A DNA stretch of 64,000 nt from Deltaproteobacteria bacterium (GTDB taxonomy: Bacteria; Desulfobacterota; Dissulfuribacteria; Dissulfuribacterales; QOAL01), in the NCBI GenBank assembly GCA_026992735.1, contig JALWYO010000020.1, positions 10,054-74,053 on the forward strand, written 5' to 3'. Positions 47,871 through 57,646 of the stretch are shown one piece after another; the first letter of the stretch is position 1, and every line of letters starts with the position of its first letter. The notes beneath the pieces were generated by a model, which saw nothing but the letters and a program-made list of their open reading frames with translations, ran no database searches and was not told the DNA's origin. Both the position numbers and the translations under genes were made by a program.

Positions 47871-49495
47871 CGGTCTGCCCAGTGCCTCATATGCACACCT
47901 TGGTATGCATAAAATATTCTTTCATGTCCATGCCCAAGGGGAATGACAATTTTCTTCATGTATTTCACCTGCTCAAAGCATGAAACCAGATCCTCTGACA
48001 GCTCGGAGGCATCTTCAAATATCATAAGGGCGTCCTGCCCTTTTCTGTCAACCGGCCCTGGCCAGAGTTCATACTGGCTGGTAATGTGCCTCTTCCTGCC
48101 ATTCCACCTGTAAACCTCTGGCTGCCCCGGCATATAGAATGCCAGCTCGCTTGCTGTCTGACGCCTCCTGGCCACCACGAATGCCTTCCCCGGACTGGGA
48201 AACTGTTCCAGGAGCCTGCCTGCCTCAAGGCCAAGTTCATGCCATCCCCTCAGCCTTACAGTAGGGTCCAGCCTGGAGCCAGCCAGGTCAAAGGCATTCA
48301 GGGCCACAGGAAGCAGGTAAAATGCAGCTACAAGCGCAAGGCCCAGCCCGATACCGGGAACAAAGAACTTCCTGAGCCTGTCAACAGCACTCCTGCAGTC
48401 CAGGCCACCCATGGCCCAGGAAGAAACCAGGATGGCAGATGAAAGATAAAATGGGGCGGGCCAGTTAGCATTTATCCTCTGGCGCAGGGCCAGGATAAAT
48501 ACTGCAAGCAAGGGCAGTATGCCAAAGACAAGCAGATATGCCCTGACATGCTCATGAGCCTGAAGGTGCAAGGATTTCCGCTGCAACATGCCGCAGACCA
48601 GCTGCCACAAGAGGCATAACGAAAGCACTGTAATAAGGACGAATATAACGGGAGTAACTATACCTAACTGGCTTCCCATGAGTTCAAAAAACGTCTGGAA
48701 ATCCGGGAAACCGGCAGAGGCGGGTTTAAAATGATGGGCTGTGTGCTGGAAAGTAATCCAGCCGTGATGATAGTTCCATACGAGCACGGGAAATATCACC
48801 AGGGCCTGGGTTATAAGCCATATCCATGGAAACCGGCTGGTCAATAACCTCCTGCCCTCCATGCTCAGCAAGAGAAACAATATCATGCCGATGGTAAAAC
48901 CGGCCATTGTCTGCTTGCTCAAAAGACCAAGGCCAGTGACAAACCCTGCCAGCAGCCACCAGGCTATACTCCTTCCATTATCGTCAAAGCTGCTACGCCA
49001 CGCCTTCCAGGTTGCGGCCATAGACAGGGACCAGAAACACAGGAGTGGCGCATCTATGGTCATTATCATAGAGGCCAGTGCAGAGCCCAGAGTTGCCAGA
49101 AAACCCATAGCAGCCCAGAAGCCAATGCGCACATTGAACATCCACCTTCCCAGGAAATACAGGCATACAATAGTAACAGAGCCAAGCAGGGCAGCAGGCA
49201 GCCGGACGGCAAAGCTGCTGTGCCCTAACATGCTGCTGAAAAACCATATTAGCCAGGCCACCATTGGTGGCTTGCTGTAATAACCCCATGAAAGATGCCT
49301 TGACCAGTCCCAGTAATAGGCCTCATCCGGAGACAGGTCCAGTTTCAGGCAATAGAGGAACCATATTCTGAACAGGGTGACTGCCAGCAAAACCAGCCAA
49401 AACAACATACTCCAGCAGACATCATCTCTTTCATTAAGCATGCCTTCCATGGCCTGGCGTGCATCAGGCATCTTTCGGGCCCTCTCTGTGAACAC
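47867..49495 (-). CDS. GT39/ArnT-like (PMT_2) membrane glycosyltransferase
   Basis: 542 aa, more than 10 TM helices. N-terminal DEAYYWDWSRHLSWGYYSKPPMVAW signature of ArnT/PMT-type enzymes. Confidence 0.8.
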   Translation of the reverse strand: MFTERARKMPDARQAMEGMLNERDDVCWSMLFWLVLLAVTLFRIWFLYCLKLDLSPDEAYYWDWSRHLSWGYYSKPPMVAWLIWFFSSMLGHSSFAVRLPAALLGSVTIVCLYFLGRWMFNVRIGFWAAMGFLATLGSALASMIMTIDAPLLCFWSLSMAATWKAWRSSFDDNGRSIAWWLLAGFVTGLGLLSKQTMAGFTIGMILFLLLSMEGRRLLTSRFPWIWLITQALVIFPVLVWNYHHGWITFQHTAHHFKPASAGFPDFQTFFELMGSQLGIVTPVIFVLITVLSLCLLWQLVCGMLQRKSLHLQAHEHVRAYLLVFGILPLLAVFILALRQRINANWPAPFYLSSAILVSSWAMGGLDCRSAVDRLRKFFVPGIGLGLALVAAFYLLPVALNAFDLAGSRLDPTVRLRGWHELGLEAGRLLEQFPSPGKAFVVARRRQTASELAFYMPGQPEVYRWNGRKRHITSQYELWPGPVDRKGQDALMIFEDASELSEDLVSCFEQVKYMKKIVIPLGHGHERIFYAYQGVHMRHWADR

Positions 49496-50438
49496 CCGCC
49501 AGGAAACCGATGCCTCCCAAGAGTGCTGCAGCAGCCTGGACTGCGAAGAAACCCAGGCTCAGGGTAATTGCCTTTTCCGGAGGGACATGCTTCAGCCCCA
49601 TGAAATAGACAAACCCGCCTTCTCTTATGCCAAGACCGCTTAAACTTATAGGCAATATGGTGAGCAGGGCCACCAAGGGAAAAGATGAAAAATAGAATTC
49701 CGGAGTGCATGGAAGGCCAAGGCCGTGACCGAGCAGGTACACAGCATACATTCCGCAAAACTGAAGCATCAGAGAAAGTGTCAAGGCCGATGCAATAACC
49801 CGGGGATGGCTCCAATAAACCAGCATGGAATCAAGCCGTTCGGACAGCACTGGGAAGAAGATGGCAAGCATCTTCTTCACCAGGGGCATGCCCAAAACTC
49901 CAAAGGTCATGGCACAGGCAGTTATCAATAACATGGCGCCGAACCTTCGGGGAAGCTCTTGCGGAGAGATAATGACCGCTCCAGCACCCAGCAGGAACAT
50001 TGCCCAGAGACCCACCAGCCTGTCACACAGGATACTGTAGCCTGCCTTCAATTTCTTTTTCTCTCCCCTGGCCAGAAAAAAGGTCTTCAGCACGTCCCCG
50101 CCAATGGCAGATGGAAGAAAAAGGCTGAAAAACATACCCACGAAATAGAATTTCAGGTATGTAATCATCCTGCCAGAGAAGCCCAGAGCCCTTGCCAGTA
50201 TGGACCATCTTATGCTGCTCAAGACCTGTGACAGGAGATACAGGGCAAAGGCAGAACACCATACGCCTGGCGCAATTGCTCCGAAAGAAGAGAATACACT
50301 GCCGACATCAACCCGCCTGAACAACCACAGCAACAGCCCGATGCTGACTGCTGCCCTGAAAACCGCCTTTAAAAGGGCCTTTGCCTTCGTGCCCGCCACG
50401 TCAGATAACTGCTTCAGCAATCCAGGATTGCCTGCCAT
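49464..50438 (-). CDS. UPF0104 / lysylphosphatidylglycerol-synthase-TM-region (flippase-like) membrane protein
   Basis: 324 aa, about 8 TM helices. Pattern and context typical of this family next to GT2/GT39 genes. Confidence 0.6.
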   Translation of the reverse strand: MAGNPGLLKQLSDVAGTKAKALLKAVFRAAVSIGLLLWLFRRVDVGSVFSSFGAIAPGVWCSAFALYLLSQVLSSIRWSILARALGFSGRMITYLKFYFVGMFFSLFLPSAIGGDVLKTFFLARGEKKKLKAGYSILCDRLVGLWAMFLLGAGAVIISPQELPRRFGAMLLITACAMTFGVLGMPLVKKMLAIFFPVLSERLDSMLVYWSHPRVIASALTLSLMLQFCGMYAVYLLGHGLGLPCTPEFYFSSFPLVALLTILPISLSGLGIREGGFVYFMGLKHVPPEKAITLSLGFFAVQAAAALLGGIGFLAGVHREGPKDA

Positions 50439-50562
50439 GCATGTTCTGTCTCATTTGCTACCCACCAGGAAGACAAGCTGCGTTTTAAAAAGCTGTTTGC
50501 ATCTACTCACAGAGTATCACATATGCACGGCAGCAGATGCAACAACCCTGAACAGATGACCC

Positions 50563-51516
50563 TCATTGTATGATTTCCCTTATAAAATAGATGTGCTTCC
50601 CGCTGGCCTCATAATAGGTACGGATTATGAGTTCTGCCAAAAGACCTATGCCAGAGAGCAACAGACCACAAATAATGAAGAGGACTCCGAGTATAAGCAG
50701 GGGCCTGTTGCCTATATCCATGCCCATGAACAGCTTGAGAAAGGTGAGATACAACTCTATTAGAATGCCTGCGGCCAGCATGAGCCCACCCGTCAACCCG
50801 AAGAACTGCAGGGGCCTGGTTGCGAATTTCTGGAAGAACAACATGAGCAGGAGATCCAGTATAACCCTGTAAGTCCTGCTGATGCCGTATTTACTGCTCC
50901 CTCTAGACCTTGGATGATGCCTGACCACTACCTCTGCATATCTGGCACCCTGGAGGCTGGCCAGAACAGGGATAAACCTGTGCAGCTCCCCATAGAGCAG
51001 CAGATTCTTGGCAACCTCCTGCCTGTATGCCTTTAAAGAGCAGCCGTAGTCATGGAGTTCAACGCCGGTGGTCTTGGCTATAAGCCTGTTGGCTATCCTT
51101 GATGGTATCTTTCTGGACAGCATGGCGTCTTTCCTGTCCTTGCGCCAGCCGCTGACTATATCGTAACCCTCTTCCAGTTTTTTCACGAGCATGGGAATAT
51201 CAGCAGGATCATTCTGCAGGTCTCCATCCATGGAAACCACAACCTGGCCGCCAGCCAGGTCAAAACCAGCGGTCATAGCGGCACTCTGGCCAAAATTCCG
51301 CCTGAATATAACGGCCTTCAGGGCTGGATACTTGGCCTTAAGATCCCTCAGCAATATATTGGTATTGTCTGTGCTGCCATCATCTATCACGATTATCTCA
51401 AAAGGCCTGCCCATGCTCTCCAAACTGGAATTCACCTTCTGCAAGAGTTCGGGAAGATTCTCCGCCTCGTTAAAAACAGGGATCACTACTGAGATATAAG
51501 GGGTTTGACTTTCCAT
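50563..51516 (-). CDS. GT2-family polyprenyl-phosphate glycosyltransferase (ArnC/DPM1-like)
   Basis: ISVVIPVFNE...DDGSTD...DGDLQNDP motifs and two C-terminal TM helices. Confidence 0.85.
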   Translation of the reverse strand: MESQTPYISVVIPVFNEAENLPELLQKVNSSLESMGRPFEIIVIDDGSTDNTNILLRDLKAKYPALKAVIFRRNFGQSAAMTAGFDLAGGQVVVSMDGDLQNDPADIPMLVKKLEEGYDIVSGWRKDRKDAMLSRKIPSRIANRLIAKTTGVELHDYGCSLKAYRQEVAKNLLLYGELHRFIPVLASLQGARYAEVVVRHHPRSRGSSKYGISRTYRVILDLLLMLFFQKFATRPLQFFGLTGGLMLAAGILIELYLTFLKLFMGMDIGNRPLLILGVLFIICGLLLSGIGLLAELIIRTYYEASGKHIYFIREIIQ

Positions 51517-51533
51517 TGATGATTACCTCGCAG

Positions 51534-51691
51534 GTAACTGATCACAGGTTCCAATGGGCTTTACTGTATATATTCCCATTCTGTAAGCGCTCACAGGGTG
51601 CCGCAGATGTAAGGCGGCGGGCGCGCAGTCGTACTCCCTGTACTTCAAGCGCCCGCCAACACATCAGATGCGGTGCCCTGTGAGCGCTTAC
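51534..51691 (+). mobile_element. MITE-like hairpin element, copy 3 (158 bp)
   Basis: Perfect 8-bp direct repeat CCTCGCAG at 51526-51533 and 51692-51699. Terminal inverted repeats match 12/15. The 109-nt hairpin at 51583-51691 has a 24-nt loop at 51625-51648. Confidence 0.85.
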
Positions 51692-51773
51692 CCTCGCAGG
51701 ATGCATGAAAGCGCTGCCATCCTCTATATTTTCTCTCTGCAGGAAATGGCAGAAAAGCATTCCCGGAGCCATA

Positions 51774-52802
51774 TTAATTTGCAAAGGCAGGGCTATAAAA
51801 TTCAAAATTCGAGAGGGTTTTTCCTGCTCCTTCTACCACTGATGTAAGAGGAGACTTCGGCTGACAAACCTTAATACCTGTCCTTTTTTCAAGGAGATCA
51901 GGGAACCCTCTGAGAAGGCTTCCTCCCCCTGTGAGCAATATGCAGCTTTTCTCAATCGACTCTATAAGACCGGGTGGCAAAGCAGAGATACAATCCGTCA
52001 CCGAGGCTATCACATGGTCAACAGTATCTGCAAGGGCCTCCTGTATCTCCTGACCCGTTACTATCCTGTAAGAGGGGATCTTTTCCTCTACATCCTGACC
52101 AGCGACCTCCATGGTACTGCCAAAAGTCTCGTAAGAAGCTGCAGTGGAGCCAATCTCCCATTTAACTCTCTCCGAAGTTATGGGGCCGATGCGCAATCCG
52201 TGCCTTTCCAGCATGAAATGGGCAATGGCCTTGTCCATTTCATCACCTGCAATCCTCCTCGACCTGCAAAAAAGGTAGGCCATCTCTGCAATAACTGCCA
52301 CTTCAGTAGTGCCACCGCCGATATCCACCACCATGCTGGGTTCCTTCTGTGCCACGTTTACCCCCGCACCGATGGCAGCGGCCATGACTTCTTCCAGGAG
52401 TGAAATCCTGCTGAAACCTGCGCCCCTGGCTGCCTCAAGAAGGCTCCTCTTTTCTACCTGGGTAAGCTGGGATGGCACACACAGGACGATTCTGGAAGAA
52501 AAAACAGGCTTGACCCTCCTGGCAGCATCCACTACAGACTGAAGAAACAGGGCTGCTGCATCAAAATCTTCAATTACCCCGTGTTTCAGCGGCCTTACAA
52601 CATTTATTCCAGGTGGATTTCTGCCAAGAAATCTCCGCGCCTCTCCGCCAAAAGAGATAACATTATGGTCCTGGTCAAGGGCTACCACAGACGGCGTATT
52701 AAGAACTATGCCTTCTCCCTGCAGAAAAATAAGAGTATTGGCAGTGCCAAGATCCAGGGCAACATCCTGCTTTATAAACCTTTTCAAATTTCCTAATGCC
52801 AC
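51774..52802 (-). CDS. MreB/Mbl-family actin-like ATPase (paralog; no mreCD adjacent)
   Basis: 342 aa. DLGTANTLI, VDIGGGTTEVAVI and LTGGGSLLRG phosphate/adenosine motifs. Confidence 0.85.
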   Translation of the reverse strand: MALGNLKRFIKQDVALDLGTANTLIFLQGEGIVLNTPSVVALDQDHNVISFGGEARRFLGRNPPGINVVRPLKHGVIEDFDAAALFLQSVVDAARRVKPVFSSRIVLCVPSQLTQVEKRSLLEAARGAGFSRISLLEEVMAAAIGAGVNVAQKEPSMVVDIGGGTTEVAVIAEMAYLFCRSRRIAGDEMDKAIAHFMLERHGLRIGPITSERVKWEIGSTAASYETFGSTMEVAGQDVEEKIPSYRIVTGQEIQEALADTVDHVIASVTDCISALPPGLIESIEKSCILLTGGGSLLRGFPDLLEKRTGIKVCQPKSPLTSVVEGAGKTLSNFEFYSPAFAN

Positions 52803-53797
52803 GGAACAACATCCTTAAGCAAAAATTCTATTATCTCGGTTATGTTTGAAGGCCAAAGGGCCATGTCAGCATCACCTGAAAACACAAAACCATAATCAGC
52901 CCTTATATCCTGGTCACGACACGGGATAAAGACACCCAGAATCACAGGACCAAACCTGAAAGGTTCGTCACGGCAGAGAAGGCTGCCCTGTCTTTCGGAT
53001 TCATGCCGTCTCTCCAAAAGGATACCAGTCCTGTGTTTTACCACCCAGCCTGCAATACCTTCGTTCAGGCCTATCTTTACATCTCTTAATATGCTGTTAA
53101 AACAATCACACCCGTCCTGGGGGCCACGGCAAACAGACTCTTCATGGCCTGGCAGCGAACTGCACGCAATTCCCCCTTCAAGCAGATGATGATCTCCCCT
53201 GTTTATCAGCTCCTCCACCACCAGGAACTGCTTTCCAGGCAAGTGATGAACAACAGCCGCTGTGTCCAGGCCCAGCAAGTCCAGCAGGCCGGACAAGGCC
53301 TCTCTACAGTTATCAAATTCTGTCATCTGCCATTTCAGGACAGACGAATAAAAATCAAGCAGGCCTGCTGCCTTCTCTGCCTCCAGGAGTTCACATGCAA
53401 CAACAGCCTGCGCCTCCAGTATGCGCTCGTGTTTGCTTGAGAATGCATAACGTGACCTGCTGTCAGCGGACAGCACTCCCATTCTCCCTGGAAGGGGCAC
53501 TGCCATAAACGACTTTAGCCCCTTGTCTGCACTGTAAAAACCCAGGGTCCTGCTGTCCCGCCTGAAATATGGGACATGCAGCAGCCGCTGATTTTTCATA
53601 ACCCATGAAATAAAACCCTTGCCCTCGCCTATTACAGCCCCGGGAATGATGGAATCAGACAGGCTGTGAAATGCCCTGAGCCTAAGGCGCCTGCTCTTGG
53701 CCTCGACGACAAACAAGGCCACAGTAAAGGCATCCAGGCAGTCTGCCACGCTGCCTGCAAAGCGATCAAGAGACTGCCCTGGCAATGGCTGGCTCAT
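52793..53797 (-). CDS. tandem GAF-like domain protein of unknown function
   Basis: 334 aa with two GAF-like halves (GKGFISWVMKNQRLLHV; NEGIAGWVVKHRTGILL). Overlaps the mreB-like start by 10 nt. Start uncertain, since it overlaps mtnA by 32 nt. Confidence 0.6.
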   Translation of the reverse strand: MSQPLPGQSLDRFAGSVADCLDAFTVALFVVEAKSRRLRLRAFHSLSDSIIPGAVIGEGKGFISWVMKNQRLLHVPYFRRDSRTLGFYSADKGLKSFMAVPLPGRMGVLSADSRSRYAFSSKHERILEAQAVVACELLEAEKAAGLLDFYSSVLKWQMTEFDNCREALSGLLDLLGLDTAAVVHHLPGKQFLVVEELINRGDHHLLEGGIACSSLPGHEESVCRGPQDGCDCFNSILRDVKIGLNEGIAGWVVKHRTGILLERRHESERQGSLLCRDEPFRFGPVILGVFIPCRDQDIRADYGFVFSGDADMALWPSNITEIIEFLLKDVVPWH

Positions 53798-54824
53798 AAG
53801 GCGGCTTCAGTACCCCTTTCTCCGTGATGATAGCAGTTACGTACTCCCATGGTGTAATATCAAAGACAGGATTTACTGCCTGCGTATCTTCAGGCGCAAT
53901 CCTCATCCTGCCAAACATGATTATTTCATCAGGGTTTCTCTCTTCTATGGGTATCTCTTCCCCTGAATGCGTGTAAATATCCAGGGTGGAGACAGGAGCT
54001 GCCACGTAAAACGGGATTCCGTTCTCTCTGGCCATTACTGCAACGTTGTATGTCCCTATCTTGTTTGCAACGTCCCCATTTGCCGCAATCCTGTCAGCTC
54101 CGACAACAACGGCATTCACTCTGCCTGTCCTCATCAGAAAACCAGAGGCATTATCTACATTCAGAAATACTGGAATATTGTCGGCCATAAGCTCCCAGAC
54201 AGTAAGCCTTGCTCCCTGAAGCCAGGGCCTCGTCTCGTCTGCAAATACCGAGAACTCCTTACCCAGGCTTAAACCTCCCCTGACAACCCCAAGGGCCGTC
54301 CCGTATCCTCCTGTGGCCAGGGCGCCTGCATTGCAATGGGTAAGCACACCGCCCCTGTCAGGAAGAAGTGCACCTCCAAATTTACCTATCTGGATATTCG
54401 CCTGCACATCCTGTTTCCAGATGGAAACAGCAAGCTCCTCTGCCTCTGCCAGAGGATTTCCATGCGATGAAGAAATGGCCTCTGCCATCCTGTCAACTGC
54501 CCACCTGAGATTGACTGCCGTGGGCCGTGCCTGCTTGAGGCCTTCACCTGATACAGTAGCGAATTCCGGGACATCTTTCCCTTCTTCCAATGCCTGCCTC
54601 ACAGCAAGAACCATCCCGAAGGCAGCCGTTATGCCTATGGCAGGCGCTCCCCTGACAACCATATCTCTTATGGCAGCCAGGCAATCCCGCACTGTCCTGC
54701 AGGGGAGCCATTCCTCCTCAAAGGGTAACAGTCTCTGGTCCAGCAGATAATAGACACCCTGCTCCCATTTCATGGGGCATACCCGGCTGCCAGCCTCTTC
54801 AAGCATTCTTGTAATATCTTCCAT
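53766..54824 (-). CDS. mtnA: S-methyl-5-thioribose-1-phosphate isomerase (eIF-2B alpha/beta/delta family)
   Basis: 352 aa with conserved VRGAPAIG, THCNAG and GADRIA motifs. Confidence 0.85.
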   Translation of the reverse strand: MEDITRMLEEAGSRVCPMKWEQGVYYLLDQRLLPFEEEWLPCRTVRDCLAAIRDMVVRGAPAIGITAAFGMVLAVRQALEEGKDVPEFATVSGEGLKQARPTAVNLRWAVDRMAEAISSSHGNPLAEAEELAVSIWKQDVQANIQIGKFGGALLPDRGGVLTHCNAGALATGGYGTALGVVRGGLSLGKEFSVFADETRPWLQGARLTVWELMADNIPVFLNVDNASGFLMRTGRVNAVVVGADRIAANGDVANKIGTYNVAVMARENGIPFYVAAPVSTLDIYTHSGEEIPIEERNPDEIIMFGRMRIAPEDTQAVNPVFDITPWEYVTAIITEKGVLKPPYEPAIARAVS

Positions 54825-54826
54825 GT

Positions 54827-56257
54827 CTAACTGCCGAGCATCTTTCTGAGAAGTTCGTTCACCGTCTTTGGATTTGCCTTGCCCCTTGTCTCCCGCATAA
54901 CCTGCCCTACAAAGAAACCAAAGACCTTCTTTTTGCCGGAACGGTATTTTTCCACCTCTGCCGGATTGGCATCCAGGACCTTTTCCACCAGCTGCTGCAA
55001 TTCTCCAATATCGCTTACCTGTGCAAGCCCCTGCCTTTCCACGATCTCGGACGGAGAGCCACCATTTTCAAAAATCTGCTCCAGCACCTTCTTGCCTATT
55101 TTGTCACTGATCACACCTTTTTCCAGTAACTTCAGAAGCTCAGCCAGGGCGTCGGGCGTCACTAAACAGTCATTTATATCCGAGCCACTAAGCTTGAGTA
55201 ATTTCATCAGCTCCACCATGATCCAGTTGCTGACTTTCTTAGCTCCGGGATACAAGGCCACACAGGCTTCAAAATAGTCAGCCAGGTCATAACTGGATGT
55301 AAGTATGGCTGCATCATACTCCGGCAGCCCGTATTCTTCTACGAACCGTGCCCTTTTCCTGTCCGGCAGCTCGGGCATGGAGGCCAGCACCTCTTCCAGC
55401 CAGGAATCTTCCACATGAATTGGAACGAGATCCGGATCAGGAAAGTAGCGGTAGTCATGCGCTTCTTCCTTGCCCCGCATGGAATGGGTTACGCCCTTTG
55501 CCGCATCATAAAGCCTCGTTTCCTGGACGATCTCACCTCCATCCATGAGCACCGCAGTTTGCCTTCGTATTTCGTATTCCAGGGCCCTCTGCACGTGTTT
55601 GAAGGAATTCATGTTCTTGAGTTCACTCTTGGTGCCAAGGGTCTCCTGTCCTCTGGGCCTCAAGCTGATATTGGCATCACACCTCAGGCTGCCCTCCTCC
55701 ATGTTACCGTCACTAATCTTAAGATACCTGACGAGCTGCCGTATCTTTTTGAGATAGGCAGAGGCCTCTTCGGGAAACCGTATGTCAGGTTCACTTACTA
55801 TCTCGATAAGTGGTGTGCCTGTCCTGTTGAGATCCACAAGGCTCACGGGCCTGTTTTCATCATGGATGAGCTTGCCGGCATCATCTTCCATGTGAATCCT
55901 GTTGAGCCTTACACGCCTTGAGCCCATGTCTGTCTCCACGTCCACCCATCCATTCTCGGCCAGGGGCAACTCATACTGTGAAATCTGGTAACCTTTGGGA
56001 AGATCAGGATAAAAATAATGTTTTCTTGCAAACAGGTTTTTCCTGTTTATGGTGCAGTTAGTGGCAACAGCCATGCGCATCGCATATTCAACTGCCCTGC
56101 GATTAAGTACTGGAAGCACTCCCGGCATGCCAAGGCAGACCGGACATGTATGCGTGTTAGGGGGGGCGCCGAATTCAGTAGAGCAGGAACAGAAAATTTT
56201 GCTCCTGGTCTTCAACTGGACATGCACCTCAAGACCTATGACCGCCTCGAATTCCAT
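54827..56257 (-). CDS. gatB: Asp-tRNA(Asn)/Glu-tRNA(Gln) amidotransferase subunit B
   Basis: 476 aa. [15 protein letters not shown] start and a conserved GatB/YqeY C-terminus. Confidence 0.95.
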   Translation of the reverse strand: MEFEAVIGLEVHVQLKTRSKIFCSCSTEFGAPPNTHTCPVCLGMPGVLPVLNRRAVEYAMRMAVATNCTINRKNLFARKHYFYPDLPKGYQISQYELPLAENGWVDVETDMGSRRVRLNRIHMEDDAGKLIHDENRPVSLVDLNRTGTPLIEIVSEPDIRFPEEASAYLKKIRQLVRYLKISDGNMEEGSLRCDANISLRPRGQETLGTKSELKNMNSFKHVQRALEYEIRRQTAVLMDGGEIVQETRLYDAAKGVTHSMRGKEEAHDYRYFPDPDLVPIHVEDSWLEEVLASMPELPDRKRARFVEEYGLPEYDAAILTSSYDLADYFEACVALYPGAKKVSNWIMVELMKLLKLSGSDINDCLVTPDALAELLKLLEKGVISDKIGKKVLEQIFENGGSPSEIVERQGLAQVSDIGELQQLVEKVLDANPAEVEKYRSGKKKVFGFFVGQVMRETRGKANPKTVNELLRKMLGS

Positions 56258-56341
56258 ACTGAAACTCCTCGAATTTAAGCCCTAAAGGATAAAAAAAACC
56301 TGCGTGAGGCTACCATGTTTACACCTGTCCATCAACCAGGC

Positions 56342-57574
56342 TTAATCGTTGCTATCTTCATTGCCCGGCAAATGACCCGTCTGTGCATGATTGCCTGACC
56401 TGCATGATTCACTGTGAAGGACAGGATTCAGCCCTAAGATAACAGCTGATACAAGGCCGCACTCTATACCGAATGGCAGATAACCAGCATATCCCAACAG
56501 CGGCATCTCAAATATCCTGAGCTGACCTACATATGGAATAGAATAGATCCATTTTGCATAACTGTAATAATTCCACATCTCCCAAAAAAAGCCGCATACC
56601 AGGCCGGCTGCAGCCAAACGGCAAAGACCTGACCAATCCCCGTTTTCAATGCCTTCACATACTGTAGGCAGGCCAAGGAGCCGATTTACAGCTGTAACTA
56701 TTATAAGAGGGGCAACCCAGGGAAGAGAAAACAGGAAATCAGGCAAGATGCCCATGGCCAGGAGGCCAATGGCAGAAAAGAATAAAACAGCTGCTGCAAC
56801 CGCAACCGGATGACTCATCCTGATGGAAACGAAATTGCCAAATGCCTTTTTAAACCTGGGGAAAACCTTCAGCAACTCGTTCATGGACAGCACTGCAGGG
56901 AGCACGGTAGAAAAGGACAGGCTGGCAGTGATACAGTATCCTGCTGGAGAAAAATCATCCACACCGAGGTAATGCCAGTTCTGGACAAACCGGTTCAAAA
57001 ATTCAAAATACCACCAGAATATACTGCTCAAGGGAAACAGTGCGGCAAAACGCCAGGGATGCCTTTCCACAAGGCTGCTGCCCTTGAGCCGGTGACAGAC
57101 AGCATTCAACACGAAGACAAAACTGCACCACAAGGGAATAAACGTATATGGCTGGAATGATTGAAACCACGGAAACCTGGTCCATGATAGAAGCCAGGAG
57201 GCCAGGCACACTGCAAGGGCTATCCTGCCCCACCAGGGATAAGACCAGCGTTGCCCGGAGTGCCTGGAACCGGCTCCAGGAGATGCGGCCAGAAACCTGC
57301 TGACAAAAGGGTAAAGGAACAGACACAGAACAATGGCCAGGGCTGCAAACACGGGCCAACTTGCGCCAGCATGCCTCACATACATGGTCCTGGGAGGAAA
57401 TTCAAGGTAGCGTTCTATTGGCAATCCTGCCAGGAACACCCCTGTCAAAGGCGGCATCAGCAACAAAATGGATGAAAAAATAGCGGAAAAGATCATTCTC
57501 ATCTTGAAAGCCCGGAAAGATTCAGGGTAAAGTTCCACACATGCGTAATTTATCCTGTCACGAGTCTTGAGCAA
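56342..57574 (-). CDS. polytopic membrane protein of unknown function
   Basis: About 10 TM helices, Trp/Phe-rich conserved-looking segments (FWWYFEFLNRFVQNWHY; FFWEMWNYYSYAKWIY). The start may be ATG 57502 (MRMIFSA). Confidence 0.55.
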   Translation of the reverse strand: MLKTRDRINYACVELYPESFRAFKMRMIFSAIFSSILLLMPPLTGVFLAGLPIERYLEFPPRTMYVRHAGASWPVFAALAIVLCLFLYPFVSRFLAASPGAGSRHSGQRWSYPWWGRIALAVCLASWLLSWTRFPWFQSFQPYTFIPLWCSFVFVLNAVCHRLKGSSLVERHPWRFAALFPLSSIFWWYFEFLNRFVQNWHYLGVDDFSPAGYCITASLSFSTVLPAVLSMNELLKVFPRFKKAFGNFVSIRMSHPVAVAAAVLFFSAIGLLAMGILPDFLFSLPWVAPLIIVTAVNRLLGLPTVCEGIENGDWSGLCRLAAAGLVCGFFWEMWNYYSYAKWIYSIPYVGQLRIFEMPLLGYAGYLPFGIECGLVSAVILGLNPVLHSESCRSGNHAQTGHLPGNEDSND

Positions 57575-57646
57575 AGCTCTATTCAGCCTGATCCTGGCTT
57601 AAATTTATAGAAACAGACAAAAAATAAAGACAAAGGAACTAACAAC

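Noticed and set aside
51542-51805. 87-aa minus-strand ORF between the GT2 and mreB-like genes.
   Set aside because: It is read-through of MITE copy 3. The same pseudo-peptide (RALEVQGVRLRA..) appears wherever the repeat occurs, and it has no RBS.
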